From NCBI GenBank assembly GCA_020833025.1, contig JAJHRB010000002.1, forward strand, positions 1-64,000: a stretch of DNA of 64,000 nt, given 5' to 3'. The notes under the pieces are model-generated. The model searched no databases. It worked only from the letters and a program-made list of their open reading frames with translations, and was not told the origin of the DNA. This DNA is from Thermoproteaceae archaeon (GTDB taxonomy: Archaea > Thermoproteota > Thermoprotei > Thermoproteales > Thermoproteaceae). Below are positions 10,078-20,113 of this stretch, piece after piece. The stretch's first letter is position 1. Each line of letters opens with the position of its first letter. Made by a program: the position numbers and the translations under genes.

Positions 10078-11286
10078 GTGACCGCCGACGCTGGCGTCAA
10101 GCTGCACGAGCTCGACAGGATATACGGCGATGCCAATAAAGCTGCCGAGATCAGGCGCCAGTACCTGGAGAGAATTACGGGCGCCAGGCTGGAGAACATC
10201 GGAAAGACCGCGCTCGACTTCAACGCGCTGGTGGGCAGGAATATAGAAAACCCAATCGGCGCGGTTCAGGTGCCGCTGGGCGTCGCAGGCCCGCTGCTTG
10301 TGAGGGGGGACTACGCCAGCGGCTATTACTACATACCGCTCGCCACCACTGAGGGGGCGCTGGTCGCCTCGGTGAACAGGGGGGCAAAGCTCGTGACGGA
10401 GTCCGGCGGGGCGCGCGTCAAGGTGCTGAGGGACGGCATGACGAGAGCCCCGCTCTTCAAACTGCCGTCTGTGGCCGACGCGGTTGAGTTCGTCGAGTGG
10501 ACGCTGAGGAATTTCGAGGAGATAAAACGCGCCGCGGAGTCGACGACGAGATTCGGAAAGCTGAGGGAGATCCAGCCGTTCATCGTCGGGTGCTACGTGT
10601 GGCTGCGCTTCGTCTTCACGACGGGCGACGCAATGGGAATGAACATGGTCACGATAGCAACCGACGCGGCGGTGAGGTACGTGCAGGAGAAGTACCCGGA
10701 GGCAAAGCTCGTCGCGCTGAGCGGCAATGTATGCGTGGACAAGAAGCCCAACGCGATAAATTTCATTCTGGGGAGGGGCAAGACCGTGGTGGCGGAGGCC
10801 GTGGTGAGGAGGGACTCCCTCGGGAGGCTCGGCGTGACTCCCGAGGGCGTCCACAGCGTCAACGTCGGCAAGAATCTGCTGGGCTCGGCGCTGGCACACT
10901 CTTACGGGTTTAACGCGCACTTCGCGAACATAATAGCTGCAATCTTCATCGCGACGGGACAGGACGTCGCACAAGTGGTGGAGTCCAGCATGGGCATTAC
11001 AGTCACGGAGCCCAGGGATGAGGGGCTGTACATCTCAGTGTTCTTGCCCAGCCTTGAGGTCGGCACCGTCGGCGGCGGCACGTCACTCCCAACTCAGAGA
11101 GAGGCTCTAGAGCTTCTCGGCGTTGCCGGCCCCGGGAGCCCGCCGGGCGTTAACGCGCTTAAACTTGCAGAGATCGTCGCCGCGGCGGTACTGGCAGGGG
11201 AGTTGAACCTACTCGTGGCGCTTGCAAGAAACGAGCTGGCGCAGGCACACATCAAATTTGCCAGGGCTAGGGGAGGCTCTGGCTAA
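10078..11286 (+). CDS. hmgA: HMG-CoA reductase (NADPH, class I)
   Basis: ENPIG, PLATTEGALVAS, DAMGMNM, GTVGGGT. Confidence 0.97.
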   Translation: MTADAGVKLHELDRIYGDANKAAEIRRQYLERITGARLENIGKTALDFNALVGRNIENPIGAVQVPLGVAGPLLVRGDYASGYYYIPLATTEGALVASVNRGAKLVTESGGARVKVLRDGMTRAPLFKLPSVADAVEFVEWTLRNFEEIKRAAESTTRFGKLREIQPFIVGCYVWLRFVFTTGDAMGMNMVTIATDAAVRYVQEKYPEAKLVALSGNVCVDKKPNAINFILGRGKTVVAEAVVRRDSLGRLGVTPEGVHSVNVGKNLLGSALAHSYGFNAHFANIIAAIFIATGQDVAQVVESSMGITVTEPRDEGLYISVFLPSLEVGTVGGGTSLPTQREALELLGVAGPGSPPGVNALKLAEIVAAAVLAGELNLLVALARNELAQAHIKFARARGGSG

Positions 11287-11683
11287 TCTTGTGCGCAAAC
11301 TGCCTTATTTTGGGCAGCAGGCTCTCCATCTGTCCCTGCCACAGCGGGCTTATGAAGGCTATCAGCCAGCCCTTCCCGCCCGGCAGCTCGAAGATCCCCA
11401 CCTTGTAATTCACGTACTTTATGTAAATGTACTGCAAGTCGCCGAGACTCTCGTCGTGATTCTGCCTGACTACATTTATCACCTCCACGAGGTTTGCAAC
11501 ATGTCTTAGCGTTTTTGCCGTGAGAGTGTTTGGCAAGTGGTGTATTACAGGAACGCCACTGCTGTCTAGTATGGTCACTCCGTGTATGGCGCTGTCTATA
11601 ATCTCGCTTATTATCAATCGCTTGAGATCCGTTGCCTCTGACACCTTTCTCTCCGGCTTCTGCGGCGAGACGTAAATCACCAC
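11267..11683 (-). CDS. Hypothetical protein, possibly roadblock/profilin-like fold
   Basis: 138 aa; GVTILDSSGVPV pattern; fold is inference. Confidence 0.6.
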   Translation of the reverse strand: MVIYVSPQKPERKVSEATDLKRLIISEIIDSAIHGVTILDSSGVPVIHHLPNTLTAKTLRHVANLVEVINVVRQNHDESLGDLQYIYIKYVNYKVGIFELPGGKGWLIAFISPLWQGQMESLLPKIRQFAHKISQSLP

Positions 11684-11774
11684 GGAAAGTTTATTTACTC
11701 CGGGCTAATAAAGGTTTCCTGGCTCCCCGCGGTACTACGCGACAACAATTAATATCCGCGGCCGGCGGGCGTGC

Positions 11775-14354
11775 GTGAGCCGGCGCGACTTTGAGCCCGA
11801 CGAGCTCGAGCTGGAGGAGGAAGAGTTTGAGGTGGAGGAGCAGGAAGAGGAGGCAGTAGAGCGCGGGAGAATAAAGGGAGTTGTCTCCGGCGCCGTACCC
11901 CCGTCAATTGTGCTGGCGGTAGCATACGACGGGGACGAGGGGAGGGCGCTGGTGAAGCTGTACGACCCTGTTGGCAACACGCTGTATTACTGGTACGACA
12001 ACACCGGGCACAAGCCGTACCTGATAGCGGCCGAGATGCCGGAGAAGATCATTGAGAGACATGCAGAGGTCCTGCAGCACCCCGGATTCAGTCACTTCGA
12101 GGTCGTGGAAAGGTACGACGCGCTTCACAACAGGAGAGTCCTGGTGACTAGGGTTTACGCCAAGGACCCGCTATCGATAGGCGGGGGTAAGAAATCCATC
12201 AGGGACATCCTAGGCGAGACGTGGGAGTCGCGGATAAAGTACCACCACTGTTACCTGTTTGATAGGAATATAATTCCATCAATGTGGTACAGGGTAGAGA
12301 ATGGAAAGCTGGTACCGGTTGAGGTCTCCGTGCCGCCCGAAGTTATAGCCGCGCTGAAGAGCGTCTTCAGCCCCGAGCGCGCCGGGGTGGCCGAGGAGTT
12401 CATCCCGCTATTCCAGGCGCCTGTGCCTCACATAAGGAGGGTCGCGATAGACATCGAGGTCTACACGCCGCAGGAGAACAAGGTCCCGGACCCGAAGTCC
12501 GCGGAGCACGAGATTATCTCGGCTGCCCTCGTCGGCACCGACGGCTTGAGGCGAGTGCTGCTACTGCGGAGGCCAAGCCTTGAGGCCGAGCTCAAGTACA
12601 GGCCGGACTACGAGGTATTACTCTTTGACAGCGAGCATGACCTCATCATGGAAGTCTTCAAGACGCTAGTGCAGTACCCTGTCATAGTAAGCTTTAACGG
12701 CGACAATTTCGACCTCCCCTACCTCTACAACAGGGCGAGGGCGCTCGGCGTGCCGGAGGAGGAGATACCGGTGGTCGTGAAGAGGGATTGCGCGGGCGTG
12801 ATTCCCGGCGCGCACATTGACCTCTTCAAATTCTTCGCCGTCAAGGCCATTGAGGCCTACGCATTCGGCGGAATCTACAGGGGCGAGAGGAGCCTAGACG
12901 GAATTGCGTACGCCATACTCGGCATCGGCAAGCTGGCGCGCGATAAGGGGGTCTCGAGGATGAGCTACTGGGAGCTCGCCGAGTACAACTACAGAGACGC
13001 GCTCATAACGCTGTACCTCACGCTCTACAACGGCGAGCTTGTAATGAAGCTTGTCATGCTGCTCTCCAGAGTGGCCAAGATGCCGGTGGAGGACATAACC
13101 AGGTCTCAGGTCTCGGCGTGGATACGCAACATGCTGTACTACGAGCACAGAAAGAGGGGGTGGCTGATACCGAACAAGGAGGACATAATCAAGGAGAGGG
13201 GAACGGCGCACACGAAGGCAATTATCAAGGGCAAGAAGTACGCCGGCGCGATAGTGCTCGACCCGCCCCCCGGCGTGTTCTTCAACGTCCACGTCCTGGA
13301 TTTCGCGTCGCTGTACCCCTCCATAATCAGCAGGTGGAATCTCTCATACGAGACTGTCAACTGCGGGCCTGACGCCGAGAGGCCCATACCGGAGCTCCCG
13401 CACGCCGTGTGTCGCGACAGGCCCGGCCTCACCAGTACGATAGTCGGCGTGCTGAGAGACTTGAGAGTGCACGTGTACAAGAGGCTCGCAAAGTCGGCGT
13501 CCACGCCCGCAGAGAGGCACTTCTACGACGCGGTCCAGAGCGCAATGAAGGTGCTCATAAACGCGTCTTACGGGGTCTTCGGCGCCGAGACGTTCCCGCT
13601 GTACTGCCCGCCCGTTGCCGAGCTGACAGCAGCTCTGGCCAGGTACATAATGGCGGGCACCGTGCTGAAGGCAATCGAGCTCGGGATGATACCGATATAC
13701 GGGGACACGGACTCGCTATTCTTGCTCAACGCGGACGAGGAGAAGATAAAACAGCTGATGAAGTGTGCAGAGGAGCTCAACATTGACATAGAGCTGGACA
13801 GGGTGTACAAGTTCGTCATGTTCAGCGGCCGCAAGAAGAACTATCTCGGCGTCTCGGCGGACGGGGGCGTAGTCATGAAGGGCATACTGGCAAAGAAGCG
13901 GAACGCGCCGCCGCTCGCCAAGGAGCTCACGGAGGAAATAATACGCACAATCAAGGACATTAATACAACAGATGACATACTGAAGGTGAAGGATGCAGTA
14001 ATTGCAATGGTCAAGGAGGTGGAGACCAGGCTGCGGGAGAAAAAAATCACGCTCGACAAGCTCGGCATCAGAGTCACGCTCAACAAGGACCTCGGCGAGT
14101 ACACGAAGAACAAGCCGCAGCACGTCAAGGCTGCGGAGCAGCTTCTGAAGTACGGGATCAAGGTAGGCAGGGGCGACGTAGTGGTGATCGTGAGGACGCG
14201 GGACCCGGTGGGTGTGAGGCCGATCCAGCTGGCGAGAATAGATGAAGTAGACGAGAGGAAGTACCTCGAGTATATCAGCACGTCGCTCGAGCAGATACTC
14301 GAGGCAATGGGCGTGACTCTCGAGGAGCTGAGGGGAACCGCGCGCCTGCTCTAG
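11775..14354 (+). CDS. polB1: Family B DNA polymerase (PolB1 type)
   Basis: DIE exonuclease, FNGDNFD, DFASLYPS, YGDTDS. Confidence 0.97.
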   Translation: MSRRDFEPDELELEEEEFEVEEQEEEAVERGRIKGVVSGAVPPSIVLAVAYDGDEGRALVKLYDPVGNTLYYWYDNTGHKPYLIAAEMPEKIIERHAEVLQHPGFSHFEVVERYDALHNRRVLVTRVYAKDPLSIGGGKKSIRDILGETWESRIKYHHCYLFDRNIIPSMWYRVENGKLVPVEVSVPPEVIAALKSVFSPERAGVAEEFIPLFQAPVPHIRRVAIDIEVYTPQENKVPDPKSAEHEIISAALVGTDGLRRVLLLRRPSLEAELKYRPDYEVLLFDSEHDLIMEVFKTLVQYPVIVSFNGDNFDLPYLYNRARALGVPEEEIPVVVKRDCAGVIPGAHIDLFKFFAVKAIEAYAFGGIYRGERSLDGIAYAILGIGKLARDKGVSRMSYWELAEYNYRDALITLYLTLYNGELVMKLVMLLSRVAKMPVEDITRSQVSAWIRNMLYYEHRKRGWLIPNKEDIIKERGTAHTKAIIKGKKYAGAIVLDPPPGVFFNVHVLDFASLYPSIISRWNLSYETVNCGPDAERPIPELPHAVCRDRPGLTSTIVGVLRDLRVHVYKRLAKSASTPAERHFYDAVQSAMKVLINASYGVFGAETFPLYCPPVAELTAALARYIMAGTVLKAIELGMIPIYGDTDSLFLLNADEEKIKQLMKCAEELNIDIELDRVYKFVMFSGRKKNYLGVSADGGVVMKGILAKKRNAPPLAKELTEEIIRTIKDINTTDDILKVKDAVIAMVKEVETRLREKKITLDKLGIRVTLNKDLGEYTKNKPQHVKAAEQLLKYGIKVGRGDVVVIVRTRDPVGVRPIQLARIDEVDERKYLEYISTSLEQILEAMGVTLEELRGTARLL

Positions 14355-14920
14355 TCGCGGTCGAGCCTTCTGAGTCTTGCGAACGCGACCGCGCAGCGGT
14401 GGGCGGCGGCCGCGTTGACCAAGACCGCGTACGCGAGAATCGCGGCGTTGAGGGCAGGCGGCACGAGCTCCTGCACGATACTAGCCGCGACGAGCAGCGC
14501 CACTCTCTCGCCGCGCTCCATGAGGCCGACCCCCCTCATGCTGAGGCCGAGCGACTCCCCGCGGCACCTGGCGTAGCTGACAATGAAGGTCCCAATGAGG
14601 GCAACGTAGAGACTTAGGTGATCTGCACGCGGCCAGAAATATAGCAAGTACAGCGCGTCGGCGTACCTGTCAACCGCCGAGTCGAGAAATGCGCCGCGCC
14701 TGGTCGCGAGGCCCCTGCTCCTCGCCACTGCGCCGTCCAGTGCGTCAAGTGCCGACGCCGCCAGTATGAAAATCCACGCGGGCAGGTGATAGAGCCATGC
14801 CAGAGGGATCCCGCAGGCAGCGACAGCAAGAGACGCGAGAGTCAGAGTGTTAGGGCTCAGCGGAATTTTCCGTCCGACGGCGTCGAGCGACACAAGCCCT
14901 CTCAGCCGCTCGATCACCAT
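14351..14920 (-). CDS. CDP-alcohol phosphatidyltransferase (archaetidylinositol phosphate synthase-like)
   Basis: DALDGAVAR...GAFLDSAVDR. Confidence 0.9.
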   Translation of the reverse strand: MVIERLRGLVSLDAVGRKIPLSPNTLTLASLAVAACGIPLAWLYHLPAWIFILAASALDALDGAVARSRGLATRRGAFLDSAVDRYADALYLLYFWPRADHLSLYVALIGTFIVSYARCRGESLGLSMRGVGLMERGERVALLVAASIVQELVPPALNAAILAYAVLVNAAAAHRCAVAFARLRRLDRD

Positions 14921-14945
14921 GAAATTCCGGGCCCGGGCGCGTTTT

Positions 14946-15452
14946 CTAGTCTACCTCCCGGCTCTGCCTGCGGCCGCGCCCCTGCCTCCTGACTAGGTAG
15001 GCAACGTACGCAGCTGCGTGCCACGAGATGTAAGAAAGAGGGCCTAGGGAGACCCACACGGCGCGCTCACGCAAGATTCTCTCGTCGTCCGCAGAGAGCC
15101 CGTCCTGATCGCCGAATACGTACAGCCCCTCCGCGTCCAGCACGACTCCTGATACGTCCCTCCCCCTCTCGTGCATGTAGTACACGCGCCTGTACTTGCT
15201 GATTAGTGAAGCGAGGTCCGCCTTAAACGGCGTCATGGATAGGAGCCACGACGCGACGTCTCTCGCGCGGTCTGACGGTATTGACGAGACGCGGTACGTG
15301 GTCCCGTCGCAGAGCATTATGTAAACCTCCCTCGCGCCCCCCCTGACCGACTCTATAAGGAAGTCTATCAGCACGTCAAACCTCCCTCTCACTGGAAGGT
15401 CCGCGTCAATGGACCAGGGGCAGGCAGTGTCGCTCTTTATTAGGAAGCTCAA
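14946..15452 (-). CDS. SPOUT methyltransferase, TrmY-like
   Basis: RFDV, FGDQDGL, VSLGPLSY; TTG start overlaps rps26e stop. Confidence 0.65.
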   Translation of the reverse strand: MSFLIKSDTACPWSIDADLPVRGRFDVLIDFLIESVRGGAREVYIMLCDGTTYRVSSIPSDRARDVASWLLSMTPFKADLASLISKYRRVYYMHERGRDVSGVVLDAEGLYVFGDQDGLSADDERILRERAVWVSLGPLSYISWHAAAYVAYLVRRQGRGRRQSREVD

Positions 15453-15745
15453 AGAAGCTGCTGGAGCGGTACTCTCCTCTTCCTCTCCTCCCTCGCCCTC
15501 ACTTTTATGATGCCGAAGAACACGGCGCAATTTATGCAGTAGGTCTTTGTGACGAGGTAGCGGTGAATTATTGTACCCTGCTTCTCTAGCTCCTTAGCCA
15601 GATCGGGCGGGACGGGCGAGTGCGGCACCGTAATTCTTATCGCCTTGGAGCGCGGCATGAGCTTGCCGCAGTTGTCGCAGTGCACGACAGGCTCTTTCCC
15701 CTTGTCGCCCTTCTTGCGCCCTCTATTCTTCCGCTTTTTGGGCAC
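15449..15745 (-). CDS. rps26e: 30S ribosomal protein S26e
   Basis: MPKKRKNRGR, CDNCG, CINCA. Confidence 0.97.
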   Translation of the reverse strand: MPKKRKNRGRKKGDKGKEPVVHCDNCGKLMPRSKAIRITVPHSPVPPDLAKELEKQGTIIHRYLVTKTYCINCAVFFGIIKVRAREERKRRVPLQQLL

Positions 15746-15857
15746 GAGAGCCCCTTGGAATCTTCATTAATTTAAGTCTTCCTGGATACTTCCCGAGAGT
15801 GCCAAAGTGCCGTCTGGCTGGCCGTTTGCGCCGCCTTCACCGCGCCTCGCGGCCTGG

Positions 15858-17324
15858 CTAGTAGCGCTCGGCCACTCTGAGCCAGATCTCCGCGCGCCTC
15901 TCTGGGCACGCGATGTCGCGGAGGTCGTGGCCGCCGACTGACGCATCCGCGTCCAGCGGCACGCCGAGCACGTCCGCGCCGAGCATCTGCTGTATCTTAA
16001 GCCCGCACTCGCTGTCGCCGCTCCACGGCACTTCCGCGACTTTCCCCTCCCCCAGCGCCCTCGCGGCATCCGCGGCGCTCTCGGCCCTGACAATTCTGCT
16101 CCTCAGCTCCTCCCACGCTCTCCTGCGGAGGCTCTCCTCGACGGCCTCCATTAAGGCCCTGATGCTATCAACAAGCTCCTCGAGCCTCACGGCGTACTTC
16201 TCTAGCGTGTCCCTCCGCGTCACCACGACCTGCTTCCTCTCAACGTCCCTCCTCCCGATCTCGACGCGCAGGGGCACGCCCTTCAGCTCCCAGTGGTAGA
16301 ACTTCCATCCCGGGGTTCTGTCCCTCCTGTCGTCAACGCGGACTCTGATGCCGGCCTCCCTCAGCGCGCGGGCTGCCCCGTAAACCGCGGGCATCACGAG
16401 CGGGAGCTCTCCCTCGCCGTAATATATCGGCACTATGACGGCTTGCACCGGCGCCAGTGCCGGCGGCAGTGTCGTGCCCGCGTCATCGCCGTGTGCTATC
16501 AGCATTGCGGCGATGCACCTCTCCGATATCCCGTAAGACGTGCTGTGGGCCAGCTTTCTGGTCCCGTCGGCGTCAAGGTAATACACGTCGAAGACTCTCG
16601 TGAAGTTCGTGCCGAGGTAGTGCACCGTCCCTATCTGCAGTGTCCTGCCGTCTGGCAGCAGCGTGTCAAACGCAATAGTGTACTCGGCCCCTGCAAATTT
16701 GTCCCAGTCCGGCCTTCTGTTTATCATGTATGCCAGGCACATTGTGTCGAAGATTTTCTTGTACAGCTCAACTGCCTCCCGCACCTGCCTCTCGGCGTCC
16801 TCCCTGTTCGCGTGCACCGTGTGGGCCTCCTTGAACATGCTGATCTCGCGCAGCCTGATCATCGGGTGCGTCGCCTTGGTCTCCGCCCGGAACACGCTGA
16901 CTACTTGAAAGATCTTGAGCGGCAGGTCCTTGTAGTCGTGCACCCACAGTCTCACGACCGGCATTATCGCCGTCTCTGACGTCGGCCTCAGGACCAGCCT
17001 CTCGCCGCTCTCGCCGCCCTTTGACGTCCAGAAGACCTCTCTCTCGAAGCCGCGTATGTGCTGGGACTCTTTGCTGAAGAACTCGTAGGGTATGAACGTG
17101 GGGAACAGCGCCTCCTCGTGGCCTGTCTCCTCGTGGAGCCTCCTTATGAGCTCCTCGACGTTCCGCCTCAGCTTCATGCCGTAGGGGCGCCACACGTAAG
17201 CCCCCTTGACTGGGTACCTCACGTCGTATATCTCTGCCTCCCTCAGCAGCCAGTGGAACCACTCCATTAAGTTTGCCTTAAGTCTCTCGCGCCCGTGAGG
17301 CCTTGCCTTCCTGACGAGCTCCAT
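15858..17324 (-). CDS. proS: Proline--tRNA ligase (archaeal/eukaryotic type)
   Basis: LRPTSET, FRAETK, DKFAGA, TPGWKF. Confidence 0.97.
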   Translation of the reverse strand: MELVRKARPHGRERLKANLMEWFHWLLREAEIYDVRYPVKGAYVWRPYGMKLRRNVEELIRRLHEETGHEEALFPTFIPYEFFSKESQHIRGFEREVFWTSKGGESGERLVLRPTSETAIMPVVRLWVHDYKDLPLKIFQVVSVFRAETKATHPMIRLREISMFKEAHTVHANREDAERQVREAVELYKKIFDTMCLAYMINRRPDWDKFAGAEYTIAFDTLLPDGRTLQIGTVHYLGTNFTRVFDVYYLDADGTRKLAHSTSYGISERCIAAMLIAHGDDAGTTLPPALAPVQAVIVPIYYGEGELPLVMPAVYGAARALREAGIRVRVDDRRDRTPGWKFYHWELKGVPLRVEIGRRDVERKQVVVTRRDTLEKYAVRLEELVDSIRALMEAVEESLRRRAWEELRSRIVRAESAADAARALGEGKVAEVPWSGDSECGLKIQQMLGADVLGVPLDADASVGGHDLRDIACPERRAEIWLRVAERY

Positions 17325-17395
17325 CGCGGCGGTATCCGAGCCGTTATTAAGGAATTAAAACAGCGCGCCGTCTAGCCCGCGCTCCCGGGCGCGCC

Positions 17396-18163
17396 TCAAG
17401 GCCGCCGGGCTGCCACTATCCACCCAGTGTGAACCACATCGAAGGTCTCGGGCCTGAGCTCGCCGACTGTGGGCTTCCAGCGCCTCACAATTACCTCCTC
17501 GACGGAGAGATCGCAGAAGCCGTGCCTCCTCAGCGCCTCCAGGCTCCTCGACATGTGCTCAACAGTCGTCGAGAAGACCACGACGAGGCCCCCCGGCCTG
17601 ATGATCTCGAGCGCGTGCCCCAGCGCGTTCCACGGGTCCCCCATGTCAAGGACCGCCGCGTCCACCTCCAGGGGCCCGAATCCGTGCGCCACGACGTCTC
17701 TCAGCTGCAGCTCGACGTACTGCTCCAGCCCGGCGCTCTTGATGTTCCTCGCAGCGACCCTCGCGTGATCCTCGCGCCTCTCAAAGCTATAAACAACCCC
17801 CCACGGCCTGACGTACCACGCGAGGACTGCCGTCAGGAACCCCGAGCCGGTGCCCGCCTCCGCCACCCTCGAGCCGGGACCCACGGCCGCCGCCTTGACT
17901 ATGTGCACGGCGTCCTTCGGGTATATTGCCTGCGTCTTGAGCTTGAACTTGTGCTCTATCACGTCAAATATCGTGGCCGGCAGCGCCCTGAATCTCACGC
18001 CGAGCGACGACTCCACGACCGCCCCGTGCGGCGCGCCCACGAGGGCGTCCGTGTCTATAAAGCCCCTCACAGTCTGGACAGTCCCGCCGCCCGCTCTCGC
18101 CACGGTCTTGAAGCTGCCGCGCTCCTCCACCAGGAGCGCCCAGTCGCCGCGAGCGAACGGCAC
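17396..18163 (-). CDS. trmI: tRNA (adenine-N1)-methyltransferase TrmI
   Basis: TQAIYPKD, EAGTGSG, LDMGDPW. Confidence 0.93.
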   Translation of the reverse strand: MPFARGDWALLVEERGSFKTVARAGGGTVQTVRGFIDTDALVGAPHGAVVESSLGVRFRALPATIFDVIEHKFKLKTQAIYPKDAVHIVKAAAVGPGSRVAEAGTGSGFLTAVLAWYVRPWGVVYSFERREDHARVAARNIKSAGLEQYVELQLRDVVAHGFGPLEVDAAVLDMGDPWNALGHALEIIRPGGLVVVFSTTVEHMSRSLEALRRHGFCDLSVEEVIVRRWKPTVGELRPETFDVVHTGWIVAARRP

Positions 18164-18214
18164 CCGCCCCGCCCCGCGGAAATCTTAAAAAGCGCTCCCG
18201 GCAAGTGAGGGGCA

Positions 18215-18308
18215 GGGCCCGTAGCTCAGCCCGGACAGAGCGGCGGCCTCCTACGGCGACGCCGGGGAGAGCCGTAGGTCGTGGGTTCGAATCCCACCGG
18301 GCCCGCCA
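18215..18308 (+). tRNA. tRNA-Arg(CCT) with 37/38 intron (18254-18269)
   Basis: Full cloverleaf, A20, encoded CCA, TATA at 18184-18191. Confidence 0.95.
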
Positions 18309-18553
18309 CTCATGCTTCGCCGCGTCGCTGGAAAAGAGCGTATTGCCGATAGCGATATACAGCTCTCGGCTGCACAGCACCAAGAATTATTGCCTAGATG
18401 CCCGGCGCCGCCTAGGTAACAAATCGTTCTCGCGGACTATACTCACAGCACGATGCACCACGGCTTAATGCGTTACACAGGCAGCTGGCTTGAGGACGCG
18501 CTGCGGGAGGCCTGCGCAATCGTAATATGTTGTAATACAGTAATTATCACACA

Positions 18554-18864
18554 TTAACACAGCGAGCGCCAGGCCGTCGGGCCCGAACCTCGGCGGCCCG
18601 CCTCGACCTCCGCCCCGCAGACCGGGCACCTGACTCTCATAGGACCGCGGCCCTGAGGGAGCGCGTCTTCGTCGCAGCTCCCACCGGCTTGCGCGGAAGC
18701 GCCATGCCGAGGGCCCTCAGGACGGGGTTCGCGAAGGCGGCCATGTCGCGCCTGTCTATTTCGGCATGTATTGCTCTCTCGGCGATAGCTTCCATCATCT
18801 CAAGGTCGACGTCTCTGTGACGCACGACAGCCTCCTCAAATATGCCGTACCTCTCTCCCAGCAT
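18554..18864 (-). pseudogene. Two small coupled ORF remnants (75 aa; 28 aa starting with CPVC Zn-knuckle)
   Basis: 18637-18864 ORF whose stop overlaps the ATG of MRVRCPVCGAEVEAG (18554-18640). Confidence 0.35.
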
Positions 18865-18985
18865 CCGCCGCTAAGAGAAGCTCTTGCGCTCGCGGTGCAG
18901 CCGCGTTGATCGTGGAGTTCGTAAGCGAATGCAGGCGGCGGGCGTAGGGGTTCTGAGGCGGAAGTCTTGCGTGCTGCCCTCGATA

Positions 18986-19009
18986 CTTTCAATCCTTCTT
19001 TTGAGATTC
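18986..19009 (-). CRISPR. Solitary CRISPR-like repeat GAATCTCAAAAGAAGGATTGAAAG
   Basis: 24 nt matching the Thermoproteaceae repeat pattern as I recall it (GAATCTC...ATTGAAAG); CTTAAAAG TATA at 19039-19046; no second repeat seen. Confidence 0.7.
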
Positions 19010-19234
19010 CGGGCCCTCTCGGCGGGCCTCCCCGCACTCTTTTAAGCGTTTCCGCCGCGGTCAAGAGCTCTACCGCGGCGCGCCCCGACAATTGCGGTAG
19101 TGCATCTCGGCAGGCTAGCGCTGGCGCCGCGCGGCCTTGACCCGCGCACGCGCGGAGGCGCGCGCCGGAATCCCGCCAGCGCGGGGCGCTGGGAGCGCCT
19201 TAGAGGGCGGCGCGCGGAGTCTGGGCTGCACGGC

Positions 19235-19287
19235 TCAGTCAATGCTAGCGCCCGCGTCACCAGCTCCGGCCGGTCCACCGTCATCAC
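19235..19287 (-). ncRNA. C/D-box sRNA candidate
   Basis: GTGATGA ... CTGA over 53 nt, weak internal D'/C', own TATA-like run near 19313-19321. Confidence 0.7.
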
Positions 19288-19407
19288 GGCTCCCAGCGAA
19301 TGCGGGCACGCTTTTTTTAACCTCGCCGCCTGCAGCCGCGCGCTAGCCCGCCACGGCCTGATTGCCGATGCCCCGAGAGTGGGGCCGCCCCGCGGGGCTT
19401 ACCAGTG

Positions 19408-20064
19408 CTAAGAGCCGCCGGAATGCGGAGTGGCAGGGCGCCTCTCAGCATAGCGCCCGGAGGCCCGTATCCTCGCGACCTCCCTCTCCACGTCGCGTGC
19501 CCTCTCGCCCATCTCCTCGCGGTAGCCCGACCAGAAGATCTCTTTCAGCTCCTCTGACCTCTCGCCGTAGAGGTCGAGATTTCTCAGCAGCACGTTGACG
19601 TCCCTTGCCATCAGCACGGCGGTCCTGCGCGACCACCCGGCTCTCATCTCGCCGAGACCGAAGTCTATGAAGCAGAGCGAGCCGCGCGATAGGATGATAT
19701 TAGTGGGCGCGAGATCGCCGTGTATCAGGCCCGCCCTGTGCATTACGCCGACGAGCGCGCCGGCGTCCCTCAAGTGCTGGCACTCCCCCCGGCTGAGCAG
19801 CTCCCGCAGGCTCTCGCCCTCGACGTACTCCATTATTATTTTCGCCTCAGCCGGGTCGAAGAAGTAAACGGCGGGAACGCAGACGCCTACCGAGTGCGCT
19901 ATGTACATATTCCGCACCTCGTTAATGGTCCTCCTCCTCCTTATCTGGTAGTCCAGCGAGGGATCCCTGTACGCCTTCGGCCTGCGCCACTTGAGCACCG
20001 CCCTCAGCCCGAACCAGTCAACTAGGTAGATCTCCGCCTCGGCCCCTCTGGCCAGCAGCACCAC
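19408..20064 (-). CDS. bud32: KEOPS kinase Bud32
   Basis: GAEA, K.R.PK.YR, HGDLAPTN, IDFGL. Confidence 0.93.
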   Translation of the reverse strand: MVLLARGAEAEIYLVDWFGLRAVLKWRRPKAYRDPSLDYQIRRRRTINEVRNMYIAHSVGVCVPAVYFFDPAEAKIIMEYVEGESLRELLSRGECQHLRDAGALVGVMHRAGLIHGDLAPTNIILSRGSLCFIDFGLGEMRAGWSRRTAVLMARDVNVLLRNLDLYGERSEELKEIFWSGYREEMGERARDVEREVARIRASGRYAERRPATPHSGGS

Positions 20065-20113
20065 GCGGCCCCCGCGGCGCTCGAGCTTTAATTGTGCAGG
20101 CGCGCGCAGCGCC

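Noticed and set aside
10009-10974. Long antisense ORF, and similar shadow ORFs throughout the track
   Set aside because: Antisense to well-conserved genes; expected in high-GC DNA
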